Of a stretch of 64,000 nt of DNA, positions 42,001-54,000 are shown piece after piece (the first letter of the stretch is position 1; the number at the start of each line of letters is the position of its first letter). The translations under genes were made by a program, and so were the position numbers. Below the pieces are notes generated by a model that ran no database searches, had not been told where the DNA came from, and saw only the letters and a list, made by a program, of their open reading frames with translations. The DNA lies in the NCBI GenBank assembly GCA_905178155.1, contig CAJINV010000015.1:205074-269073 (forward strand), read 5' to 3'. This DNA comes from Amoebophrya sp. A120 (Eukaryota; Protista; Dinoflagellata).

Positions 42001-45000
42001 AAATCTGTGATGCTAGGGCATGCATCACAGACATCAGGGCTCATGCAAAAGGTGCATGACAAGGGTCAGAATCTTCCAGACCTAGACACTTTTACAGTTG
42101 ATAGACCATGTTATTCTGCAGCTCTTCCTCCAGTTGGATATACGCTGCTTTCAATAAACCATTCCTCGAATGATTCATCCGCTGGGTGTTCTGAGCAGAC
42201 GACCCGTCTGCAGTGGTCCGCCCCGCATCCACATCGTCATCGATGTTTTGGAGCAGCCGCAACTTTGCGTACCGGTAAAAATCCTGATCGTTGACCGACG
42301 GGCGGTCAAGCAAGACGTTCTTTTGATTCGACAGAATCTGACTGCTCTTATTTCTACTCCTCCCATGTCTGTTCAAATTCATGCTCTTCGTCTCATCGGC
42401 CATGTGCTCCGTCACTTCCTTAAACATGTAGTCGGCAACAAGGTTCACTTGCTTCACGATCTCCGTTTGTCCCGTTTCTCCTGGCAGCTGCAACTCCGCC
42501 AATTTAGTTTCGATCGGAATGTGGTCGTGCAACTTGCCAGTGATGAACTCCGCAGCGTCCAATAACTCCACGTCCCGCACTGCTTCGGCACCGGTGGAAA
42601 TCTCGTTTTGTTTCTGTCGCTGCTGTTTCATCTTCGCTAGAACTTGTTTCTGAGTTCTAGAATGACCAGAAGCGGCAGAGGAAGAAGTTGTAGCCCCCGC
42701 GCCGGTCATCGTCTCTTCGTGGTAGTTATTTTCTTGGAATTCCTTCAGAATTTCCGGTAAGGAAGTCGGCTCCCGTGGCTTTCCCGGCTCATCTTTCCCG
42801 AATCGCTTTTCTTGCACTTTCTTGAACACGCAGTGAAGCCACTCAGCGGCGGCCACCCTCGCTGGTCCGTCGACCGGATTCTGCTGGAGGAAGATATGTT
42901 CTTGGCTCGTCGCACCTATCCTATGTAAAAACGTCCCCACCCCATAGTTGTATATGCAAATCAGCATGGTGAGCGTGAAGATGTCTCTCATGCGGAGCCC
43001 CATGAGAAGCGTTTGCTACAACTCTTGTTTCAGAATTTGTCATCCTCCAATCAGCATGATGCGCTAGGTCTGTGATGCTGCTGAACTACTAGCCAAACAG
43101 GATCACACTACGAGGCCGAACTTGTCATGCGCAACGGCCAAAGCTTGTTGATTTGTCTAGCAGATCTCCCATCTTGACTATGGGGTGGGGACGTTTTTCC
43201 TCTCAATAGCACCGGAGAAAAAGTCCGTGGAGAGGAACTGCTGGTGCTTGCCTTCTTTCATCAAACTCCTCCGTGTTATCAATTGCAAAAGTGTAGTCTG
43301 GGTCTGGAAGAATGCAAGATTTGTGCTGCAGGTTTTCCATGACCCATGAGGTCTGGAATGCGAGACCCGGCATGACAGATTCTTTGAGGTCTCTATGCCT
43401 GCCCTGCGTGAGAAGCTCCCTCTCAACTTGGTCAAAAGCGGACACCTTTTGGTACTCACGCAACACAGATTTTCGTTTCATTCAGATTCAGCATGACAAG
43501 TTCTAATCTTCCAGACCCAGACATTTTGACAGTTGATACGTGTCACGAAGTTGAACGCATCAGTCGTAATTTTGTCGACGCTGTGGTCCGTCGTCGTCCC
43601 CATTCCCGCCAGCGGATTTCTCGCGGCCAGCGAATTCCAGAACGTGGCCTGCCTCACCGCGAAGAAGCGGATAATCGTAGAGAGCAAGGCGTTCTTGCTG
43701 AAGGAGCTGGTATGCTGCTGTTGCGACCGGGTTTCGATCCAATATTTCGAGACCCGCAGCTCATCCACGGTAAACTTCTGCGCACTTTGCATGTCCGACT
43801 GCCGGCTGCGCTGATGTGCTCCTGCTTGCTGCGCTGCCGCGCGCTGTCTCTGCTGACTTGTAGGTGTGGAAGGCTGATGTGCAGCGGCGGCGGGGACACC
43901 GACAGCAGCTGTGGATGTTGTAGCAAACGAATTTGCTCCTGAAGCATTCTCTTCGACTTCCTATCGTAAGAAAAAACTGTTTCACTGTAAGGATTTTGCA
44001 AGTTTTGCATCACAAGTTTGCTCTGCATGACAGCGAAAATTTGCAATGCGCGATTTCCAAGGGAAAACACCGCTAAAAAGCCACTGTCTTGCATGTTTAG
44101 CAAGACAAACATTTCTGAGATACATTTTCTGCATTACAAGCTTACAGTGAAACAGATTTTTCTTGCGATACTTCCTCCCCGTTCTCCAACAGCACGTCCG
44201 GAAAGTTTTTCGCGTCGCAATATGCAAGAAAAAAAGTGTGTAAGTGTGACTCTGTCATGCAGAACATGCAACAGAGATACACCTGTCATGCCAGACAACC
44301 ATGAAGTCCTCTTTTCACTTGTGTATTCCCCTACAAACCACGCATGACAGGTTGTTTCTGTCATGTAGAGCAAATTTGTGATGCTGTCAGCCAGAGAGAG
44401 TTACACTAACACAGTTTTTTTCTCGGATACGCAGGTTTCCAATTTCAGTTCCAACAACCCCTCCTTGCTGTTGGATAATTGGAATTGCTGCACTAAGTTC
44501 AGCGTTTCCAGAAACACCGACTGCACGATGGGCTGCAAAACAGCAATCGTGGCGTCATGTTGCTCTTGCCCCACCCCTGCGTCCTGTGCCAATGAAGCCA
44601 CGTGCTTTCTGTAGAACTTTTCGAAATCATTGACCACGTTGGGCACGGCAGAAGGAGCTGTTGTTACTGCACCTACGGGCTATGGCGATGTCAATTATCT
44701 CAACAGAAACGTTCTCAAAAGTTTTTGGATAGCTACTTGAGATGCCTACTTATGTAGCTACTTTCTATGTGCTACAGTAGCTAGCTTGAGTGCATGCATT
44801 AGATAGATCAGCGAAATTATAGGTAAGGCCATGGTCCGCCAATCTGTTGCTTCCCGGACTCTTCGAAGGTTGGTTTGACCTCACAGAGGGCACCTCTGAG
44901 GGGTACCTCTGAGGGTACCTCCAGAGGGGTCGCCAAATAGGTGCGAGAAAGTTTCCCCGAGCCCCCAACGCTTTTTTCGCCATACCATCGGGAATTAACA

Positions 45001-48000
45001 ACGGTCTCAGACCATAAAAAAAAGCCTCAACTCCCTTCTTCCTCAGCCCTCCCAGAGGGTGCTCCCAGGGGGTCGAGCATCGGCCTCCGTGTTCATTAGT
45101 TTTCGGAGATCAAGTCCGGGAAGCAACAGATTGGCGGACCAGGAAGCTACCTACTTCACTGATCTAGCTAATGCATGCGCTTCAAATAGCTAGTTTAAGA
45201 CTAAGCGCGCCCATTTGTAAATGGTTAACTCAAGCACCTAGTTAAAAATTTTTGAGAATCTTTTTGTTGAGATAGTTGACATCGCCATACGGGCGACACG
45301 AGCTTGTTTCTCGGTCCTTCCCGTAAGCTAGTGGTCACAATAAGGCGGATCTCTTCGTGCCATAACATGGTTTCGGACTTTAACTCTTTGGGCAGCTGTG
45401 CGGTAACGAGCGACTTCAGGGACTGAAACGTCTCCGACTGCATGGACGCAGCACGTCTTTTCGCTCCTGGGGCTTCTGCTCCTGCATGTTGGTTGCCATT
45501 AGTAGTTGACGTTCCACCTGGCTGCCTGTTCGCGTTACGAGTTCCAATCGTGCCTGCGGTGCTTTTGTCAATGGAGCTGAGCATATCTCCGAACGCCGCA
45601 TTCACTTGTTCAAATGGGCCCTGAATCACCGTGGACTTGCGGACCTTCTCACTCTGCTGGTCAGACAGCGCCGCATCGGAAACCAAATAGCTGGGCTGCA
45701 GCAGCAGTCTTCGCTCCCGAGGCTCGTAGGAAGTCTTTTTGCCCCCAGAACTTTTCCGGCTGGACGTAACAGCTCTAGGTGCTGTACTATAGGCAACTAA
45801 CTGCCCAGTTGTACTCTGCCTGCTCGTACTACCATGCAGGATCTTTTCCGACGGCAGCCGATTCGCTAAGTTCAAGCTTTCCCGCGTCAAAATCAGTGCT
45901 TGCAACTTTCTCAAGGCCGCTTCGAAGCTCAGCATCTGCGACGCAACGGCGTTTTTCGAGGGCGCGCCGGATTTGCTCGTAGAGCTCACAATGGACTGCA
46001 AGATGTCTTCTCGTTCAAATTGCAGTTCTGGATCGTTCTCGTTCCACAGTTGCGATTCGAATTTCAGCAAGAAATCCAGGAGTTCCACAAAATTGGTCAT
46101 GCTGTTACCCCGTCCGATGACTTTCAAGGCCAGTTCCGGAAGCTGTTTGTTCGCCGTCTTGTACAAATTTGCTACGTGGTATGAGACTACACAACTCTCC
46201 CTTGCTTTCCCTCATTTGTAAGTAAGTAATGCAAAATACCAAATCCACCCGTTGCCTCTTGGCACTGTTTGCATGTCAAATTCTGGCAGCCCAAATTATA
46301 GCACGACACTCCTGTGCAGCACATTTGTCATGCAAAACCTGCATTCCTGCTGACACTTGTATTGCCGTTCTTCATGCTTCACAAATGAGGGGGACGAGGG
46401 GGAGTTGTGAACTTTCATACGTGGTCTTGCAGTTGCTTCGAAGTCAGACCGGCTTTCAGCTTCTTCGCCTTGTCCTCGAGAGCTTCCCGAGCTTTCTTGT
46501 CCCACGATCCCCCGACGGTGCGATCGGCTTTTTTTGGTCTCTGTGGCGAAAACGGGTTGGGTTGTTCCACCTCACCACTTCTTTGCGCTGGCACTCCTTT
46601 TTCCTCTGCATCGACCACTTTCGCCGCCCAGAGCTGCTTCTGGGCTTGTTTCAACTTCAGCGAAACGGTGCCGAAAATTTTCCGGATTTTCGTCAGCCGG
46701 TGCGTTAAAACGGCGAACCGCTGGAGTAGACTCGACGCGAGGGAAGTTTTCATAAACTGCAGATTGGTGATGCGGTGGACGACTTCGCTCGCAAGGAAAC
46801 TGTTCTTCGTTTGCATTTTCAAAATATTTGCTCCTCCGGGTCCCGGCGGGGTTGCTTCCTTGGACGCCGGTTTATTTTCAACCAAGACCTGCGGACTCAC
46901 GCCGTACACGATCGCTCTAGAAGTAGACGCTGCGGATCTTTGTTTCTGTCTGCCTCCTGTACCAGAGACAATTCCAAAAGCGATCTCCGCCTGTCTTCGG
47001 ATTTCCTCGTGGCGTAGCTTCGCGAGCCAGTCAGCCGGCATTGTCGTTGGGAAGGATTCTTGCTGGGTTCTTGTTGACACAGCTCCTGCGGCGGCCAACA
47101 ACATGTTGGTACTTCTTCTACCAAAGCCGTTCATTCTCGCCAAAACTTCCGCGTTGTTTCGCAGCAGATAAATCATTTCGGAAACCTCTTCCACAACTGA
47201 ATTTGCCGGCACCTCAATGCCGCTGCTCAGGACCAGCTCGTTGATCTTTTCCAAAACCGCCCGAAGAACCGTATTGATACCTTTCCGGCTCCTCTGTCCG
47301 TGCGAGGAAGATGAGCCAGTTGTACTTGATGAAATAAACGCAGCTTGCAATTGCTCAATCATGGGCGCCACCTCCGCGGCGCAGAGAGTGGCTTTCTTGC
47401 GCATGATCTTCGTCTGCTTCACGTGAGGCAAGACGATTGATAAGTGGCACTGGGCAACCAGTTCGGTGGAAAGAAAATCGAAGGCGTAGGCATCGAGGCA
47501 GGATGATTTGCTGTCAGCAGCAGAAGCAACTCGATCTTCATCTTCTCCTACCGGGCAATAGACTCTCCCCGGTGTTAAATCGCGGTGAGGAGTTAAGTGG
47601 TATGCCGCAACGAAATCCGGAATGGATTTTGCGATGCTGGTGGAGAAGTTGTTTACTAACGTCTGCAGCTCGTTGGCGGGAGATCTTCGAAAGCTTGATA
47701 TTTTTCTTGTCCTGGCTGAAGAGATGAAATCTGAGGCCACAAAACTACCCAAAAGATACGGCTTCAGAACCTCGACCAGTTCAAGATTGATGTTCAGCGC
47801 CGTCTATCAAATGCAAAAGTGTCTGGGTCTGGAAGATTGCAACTTGTCATGGTAAATCCGAAGCATGCAAAAATCTGTGTTGCATGAGTGCGAAAAGCTG
47901 TCCACTTTTGACCAAGTTGGTACGGAGTTTCTCATGCAGAATAAGCATGGCAGAGACCTCGCAGAGTCTGTCATGCTAAGTCCCGCATTCCAGACCTCAT

Positions 48001-51000
48001 GGGTCATGGAAAATCTGCATGACAAGTCTATACTCTTCCAGACCCAGACATTTTTGCTCTTGATACCGTCAGCTCGTCGTAGATGCCCTTTAGATTTTCG
48101 TTGGATCGAAACACGTATCAAGTGCAAAAGTGTCTAGGTCTGCAAAGTTTGAACCTGTATTGCGTGTTTCGCATTCCTAAAAAATCTGTGTTGCATACAT
48201 AAGCAGCAAATAAAGCACCACACTTTCGTCTTGCAAAAACGAAGTATGTAATGCGTCCTGCGTATGACAGAGCGGTTCAAAGTAAGATTTGTCACGCTGC
48301 ACTGCAGTTAGAGGCGCAGTCAGTCATTGCCATTCAGCATTACAAGTTTCCAGACCCAGACATTTTTGCATCTGATAACACGTAGTTATTGACCGCCTGC
48401 TTCAAATCGTTATTCTGCAGTACCTGGCCGGAGACAATGCGGAACCGCTTGCGTTGCTCCCGGCTTGGTGCTTCTACTTCATCCGTCGGGACGTCGAGCA
48501 GAACCTTCGAGACTTTCCTAGCCGCGTCTTGCGCCAGTTTTTGGTAATGCTCAACCGTTATGAAATGCAAAAATGTCTGGGTCTGGAAGATTCTGAGACT
48601 TGTCATGCACGTTTTGCATGGGCCATGATGTCTGTGATGCATGCCCTAGCATCACAGATTTTTTGAGAGCTTCGCGATGCCTATTCCGCATGACAAATGC
48701 CCTCTCCGCGTAGCCAAAATTGCATTCCCTTTGCTGCTTATGCAATACAGGTTTTTTTGGAATCCAGATGCAGCATCACAAGTTCGGATTCTTCCCAACC
48801 AAGACATTTTTACTTTTCATAACCGTATTTCTCTTCTCAACCGACGCGAGCGAGCCGGCTTTTTCCAACAAAGATTCGCACTTCTTCGGGTCGAAAAGTT
48901 CCGGATTCTTTTCGTCTTTTAGAGTCTTCGATGTTCTTCCAGTTGTACTAGCGGTCTTCTTGTTCACAAAGGAACTAGCCTGTTGGCCGCGAAGCAGTTG
49001 TTGTTCCGCATTTTGCAAGAGCTGCAGATACGCCTCCTCACTGTTTTCTCTCCCTTCCTTCGCCTTCAGCGCTTTGAGATCCCTACTAACCAAGTACGAG
49101 GCCGTAGACTCGTAGTTAAGCCTATTGCAGTGAAAAATGCCCCTATGCCCAAAATTGCAAAAATTTGTGATGCGAAGTATCCAAAAGAAAACTTTTTGTC
49201 ATGCATGAAAGGAGTATGAATCTTTCTGATGCAGAGTCTAGGCGTGTATCGCATCGCTTGCATGACAAGCGTCGCTCTTGCTGGGGTCTTTTACATTGTA
49301 GATTTTTGGTATTCACGACTGGAAACCTGTGAGGCTGATAGATGCAAGAGGGCGAGTGTTTCATTCGGAAAGGTTTGCAATACAAAAGCTCCCAAGTTCG
49401 GGGGTGGGGGCATTTTTCGTTGTAATAGAGGCAAAGGTTCGGAAGCCCAGCGAAACTCACGTCCGTGAAGGGCAAGGATCGCTTTAATGCGGCGAATTTC
49501 TCCACGCCACCGGTTTCCTGACTCGGTGTCAATAGCGGTTCAGTGGTCACGGTCGTACAGAGGTCGGCACTGGTGAGCTTCTGGGAAGGGTCGTTGAAGG
49601 TGGATAAGTATTCCAGAGCGTAGGCGGCAGTTGCGTCTTGTTGTGCAGCTTCAGCTGCATTTTCGGAAATGGTTTTGGAGGACGGCAATAGATTCACGTT
49701 CAAATTCTCATTCGTTTTCTCCAAAAATTCCTTCGGCTCCTGCACCCGAATCGCCGCTAGCGCCGGTTGCCGGATCGCATCAAAAGCGGTCTTTTTCAAC
49801 TCATCCACAAGCTCGTATGCCTGGCTTTCCAAAAGCTCGGGGCTGATCTCGCTCGAGGCTGCGTCTAGTCCCTCGTGGGAGCCGTAGGAAGTGTAAGAAC
49901 TACCTGGGCCGGAAGATGAATAATTGTGGCCCAGTACTTCCTCCTCACTCTCGCCCAAATCGAGAACTTTTGCAAAAACGTTCTCGATCTGCCATAGTTG
50001 CGCCGTTGACTTTGCACGGCCGTCCGCAGCCGCAACGAGGAGGTCCTCTTGCGAGGAAGATTCATCTGTGGGTCGTTCGTCCACTGTGAGAGGCTGAGAG
50101 AGAGCAGTACTTTGTTTCTGAATTTCGACAATAGCTTTGTCCGTCTCGGTGCGGAGTTGCGCTAGCTTTTCCAAATGAAACACCTTCTCTGCGTTCTTCG
50201 TCAGCGTCGAAGCAGGCACATGCCTAGAAGATGTCGATCCGGGGGAATGACCTTCTGCACTCGTCTCCAAGAACTTTACTTTACAGAGTTGCTGTGGGAG
50301 AATTTCATCGGTCAAAATGAAACTCCTGGCGATCTCGTGGTAGTGCGCGTCAATCCGATCCCACTTCTCCACAGCCTCCGTCCATGCATCGGCTTCGAAA
50401 TGAAACGCTGCGGGGGTGAAGGAGTCCGGGCCAGTTTGCTGCCCGAAAAGCACTTGCTCCTGCACTTTCTGTTCTCTTGCCCGCAGCCGCTTCAAGGCGG
50501 AGAGCACGTCCTCGTACACAAATCGCCCAAGTTTGGCCACAATGGCTTTTGCGTCGTCAAAAGTGACTTTCGCAGGAGCAGCTGGATCATCCGGTCCTCC
50601 CTGACCCGCACGAAAAATGCCGACGCTCGAGTCTCTGATGCTGACTGCCCAAGTAACAAAAAATGCGAAGACGACGCGCTTGGAGATAAAGGGCGGGGGG
50701 CTGTTTGGATTCACTGTCTCAGGTGCAATCGTGTTCTTCAGGAATTCCGCAAGTTCCTCCGTTGTTACCATCATCGCCCCCCGCTGCCGCTTCGTACTAG
50801 CCGTTTGGCTAGTAGAAGGCGCAGCACCTCCTCCTTCTTGCTGTGCGCCCGACATCGCGCCAACATCGGTAGTTCCTGTATCGGTCTCGCCTTGAATGGA
50901 CGTCTCTCGCGACGGTGGCGCGCTCATTTCCAAGTTGAGGAAAGCATGGACATTCTTTTCTCGAGCGGAGGTCAACAGCTCTGCAAGTATTCTTGCCTTT

Positions 51001-54000
51001 CCCGCGTAGCTCTCGTCCAAGGGTTGGCCCGAGAAGATTTCTTCCCTGGTACGTCCGAAGAGAGCTTGAGGTCCCATGACGACGGTGAAAGCATTCTTTA
51101 CAACGTCGTCTGTGCTAGTGCTTGACATCTCGCCAAGTTTTTCGTACGCCTTTTCGTACATGCTTGCCAGGTCCCGAAACAGAGAGTCAGCCCAAGCGAT
51201 CTCTTGTTGCAAGCCCAGCATTTTCTGCACAGCCACCTCGTGCGCAGCTTGGCCAACGATAGCCTCTACGCTGGTGCCCAGGTCCCGCGCCTGCTCATAC
51301 TGTCTCTTGCGTTCGTGCAACGCGCCGCCGAGCCTTTTCAATATCGGCGACAGCTTCGGGATCGGGTTCTCCACGTCGCGCAAGTTGTTCTGTTGGGTGT
51401 CGCGCTGCACCAGGCTACTTTCGGTAAAAGTACACCTGCTATCGATTTTCGCCACTGCCGCGTGCATGATCTTCTTGTCTTCATACGCAGCAGCTGCACC
51501 TCCGGCACGAAACTGCAAGTTGTCTCGTGCTGCCATCACTCCGCCAGCTTGATCTTTTTTTTTCGACGCGGCAGGCAACACCACCACTTTATCACCGACA
51601 TTGAAGTGCGTGAACTGCATTTCGGTGGCGATTACATCAACTGCAGCGTGGAGTTTCAAGACACTTGCCATCGCATTGTCGAAGAGACTTTCGTTTTCAC
51701 GAGGATCATCCTGCTGGTGCTGCCCTCCATCCTCGGCATTTATTGTCGTCACAGACTCCAACTTTTTAAGCGCCTCTTCGCACTCTTGCTCGGCGTTCTG
51801 TGCGGAGATTTGCAGCAGCTTAAACTTCTCGAGTTGTTCCTTCTTCTGCTGAGTCTCCAGATCTTGGTCGACATCGGAGTGATACAACCCGGCACTACTA
51901 GAAGCCCCCGTCAGTTCTACAGTTCCTTCCAGCGCGATCTTGTCGCCCTTAATCTGCAACATGCGTTTTTGCTCTTCCAGCGAGTCCACCGCATCTACAA
52001 TTGTCGCCGGCAGCGACAGCTGGCTCTCCGAAGAGTGCATCTTCGCGTAAATCGACGCGACAGGGAAGTAGTAGGAAGTACTAGTAGTTCCCGCTCCCGG
52101 CACAGCTTTGTCGTGAGCATGTTTTGTATTTCCCATAGCGAACAACTTCTGGTAGACGAGCTTCAAGATGTTCAGCACTAGTTGCGATGGGACTGTGCGA
52201 ATTCCGCTGTTGCTCGTCTCCCCGTTGCGAAGAAACCCGTTGCCGCCTCCGAAAATCGAAGAGGCTTTACTTGTCCCGAAGTGAAAGCGTTCCACTTCCT
52301 TCCGAACTTGGCGCGCGAACAGCTGATCTTCGTGGGAGACGAGTTGCCCCTGCGGGAGATAGTCCTCTTCGTCCTCGTCGGAAGAAGAGGAGAGCAACTC
52401 TCGGAGGTCGAGATCTCTATCAGAGGAGTGAGATCTACCATGCGGAAGCGGGTGCATGACACCGTGGTAAGCGGGGCTCGAACGACCACCGGAGTTCTGG
52501 CTCTTTGGATTGTCTGCCTCGACGTCGTGCGCAAGAAGGTGGTTGTGTCCTCCAGGCCTTTTGTTCAACTGCTTTGCCATTTGCAACGCGGATGCGAAGC
52601 CTAAATGGTCACTGCGACTGGCCAAAGCCTCGGCGAACCGGAGCAAAGCTTTCATATCCTCTTCTTGTTGGACAACTTGGACGCTGTCGGAGGTGCTGGG
52701 TGTCCCGGAGGAAGGTTGGTGATTCTCCGCGACCGCCTTTTCCGAGAACCGCATTCGCTCTTCGGCGGACAATCGGATTCGTCGTACAATCTCCTTCTCT
52801 CCCGGAGAAAGAACGCCATTCTTGCTCATGTTTTCAAAGCCGTACCACGGTAGGAAGTACCACTCGGCTTCCGTGATTTCGCTTTTCTTTTTCACGAGGG
52901 CTCGGTGAAACCGCGGCGTGTTCGTTTTGGCGTCGAACGTTTTCACAATGTATCTTTTCGTCTCGCGTGGTCCACCTTCCGCCCAGTCCTGCAGGTCCTT
53001 GCTCGTGAAACTTTCCAACGAGCGCACTTTGACGTCCTGCATCATCGACGGGAGCTTCTTTACAACTTCCTCCTTCAGCTGCGCCAATTCCCCAAAAGCC
53101 TTGTATTCCGGTACGGTAAACGTGTAGCCACGACTCTCTAGCGGCGCCAGGGACCACGAGCGCGCCATTGGCGAGGGAGAAAACCTGGTACAATCGATGA
53201 CATAGAGCAGCGCCAGGTAGCGCTTCACGGAGTCACTGAGCAGGTCGTCTAGCTTTGTTATAGCTGTGTCAGGATCATCTGGGTCCCCGCAACTCTCATC
53301 GACCGCAAGTGCCCAGAGCTGCGTCTCGAAAGTGTCCCACACCTGTGCACGGTGCTTCCGTACGCGCGCTAGCTCCTTTTCCGGCGAGTAGCGTTTCGGA
53401 GTGAAGGACGCTCCGTGGGCCCCAGAATAACGATACTCCACGAAAACGTGCTTGAGGCGCGCCAGGAATGCCGCGAGCCTGTTCTTCGCGCTCGCGACTC
53501 GCGCGAGATCTTTTGATCCATTAGCTTCGGCAACAACATGCAGCATCTCCCTGACACGCGGTCGAAGTGTTTGGAAGAATGTAGAATCTGCATCCCTGTT
53601 GTACTCGAGTTTGTAGTCTGTCTTTTGCGTGTGTTTGTTCGTGTGTTCAGTAAACTTTATGAATCCGTAAGGATCCACAATGCTCTCTACGTCACCGAGC
53701 TTCCTCCACTCCTGGGCATCGTCGTCCTCAAACACGGCCTTATGGACGGCCCCCCAGTACATTCGCTGGACAGAGGAATACCAGTTGAGCCCGTGCTCCG
53801 GTCTCAGCACAATTTGCGGAACCGCGGCGGCAGAAAACGAAGCTGCTTGTTGTTGTCCTTGCGGTGAGAGAGCAAGAACTTCCTCAACTCCCGCCAGTGC
53901 GTGTAGCGCGGACGTGCCATCCTCCTGGCCCGCAGTCGGAAGCAGCGCCAAGAAATACTGGTCGTTCTTTTGCTGGCTCTGCTGCCCACCGCTGTTGCCG

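Noticed and set aside
44832-45141. Separate nested MITE defined by the 29-bp perfect inverted repeat
   Set aside because: No TSD, and inverted complementarity continues outward to the element ends, so it is one foldback element
980-48922. Many short ORFs sharing peptides such as CKNVWVWK, LPDPDIF, FQTQTFL and MSGSG
   Set aside because: They are six-frame translations of the family-D TIR, not a protein family
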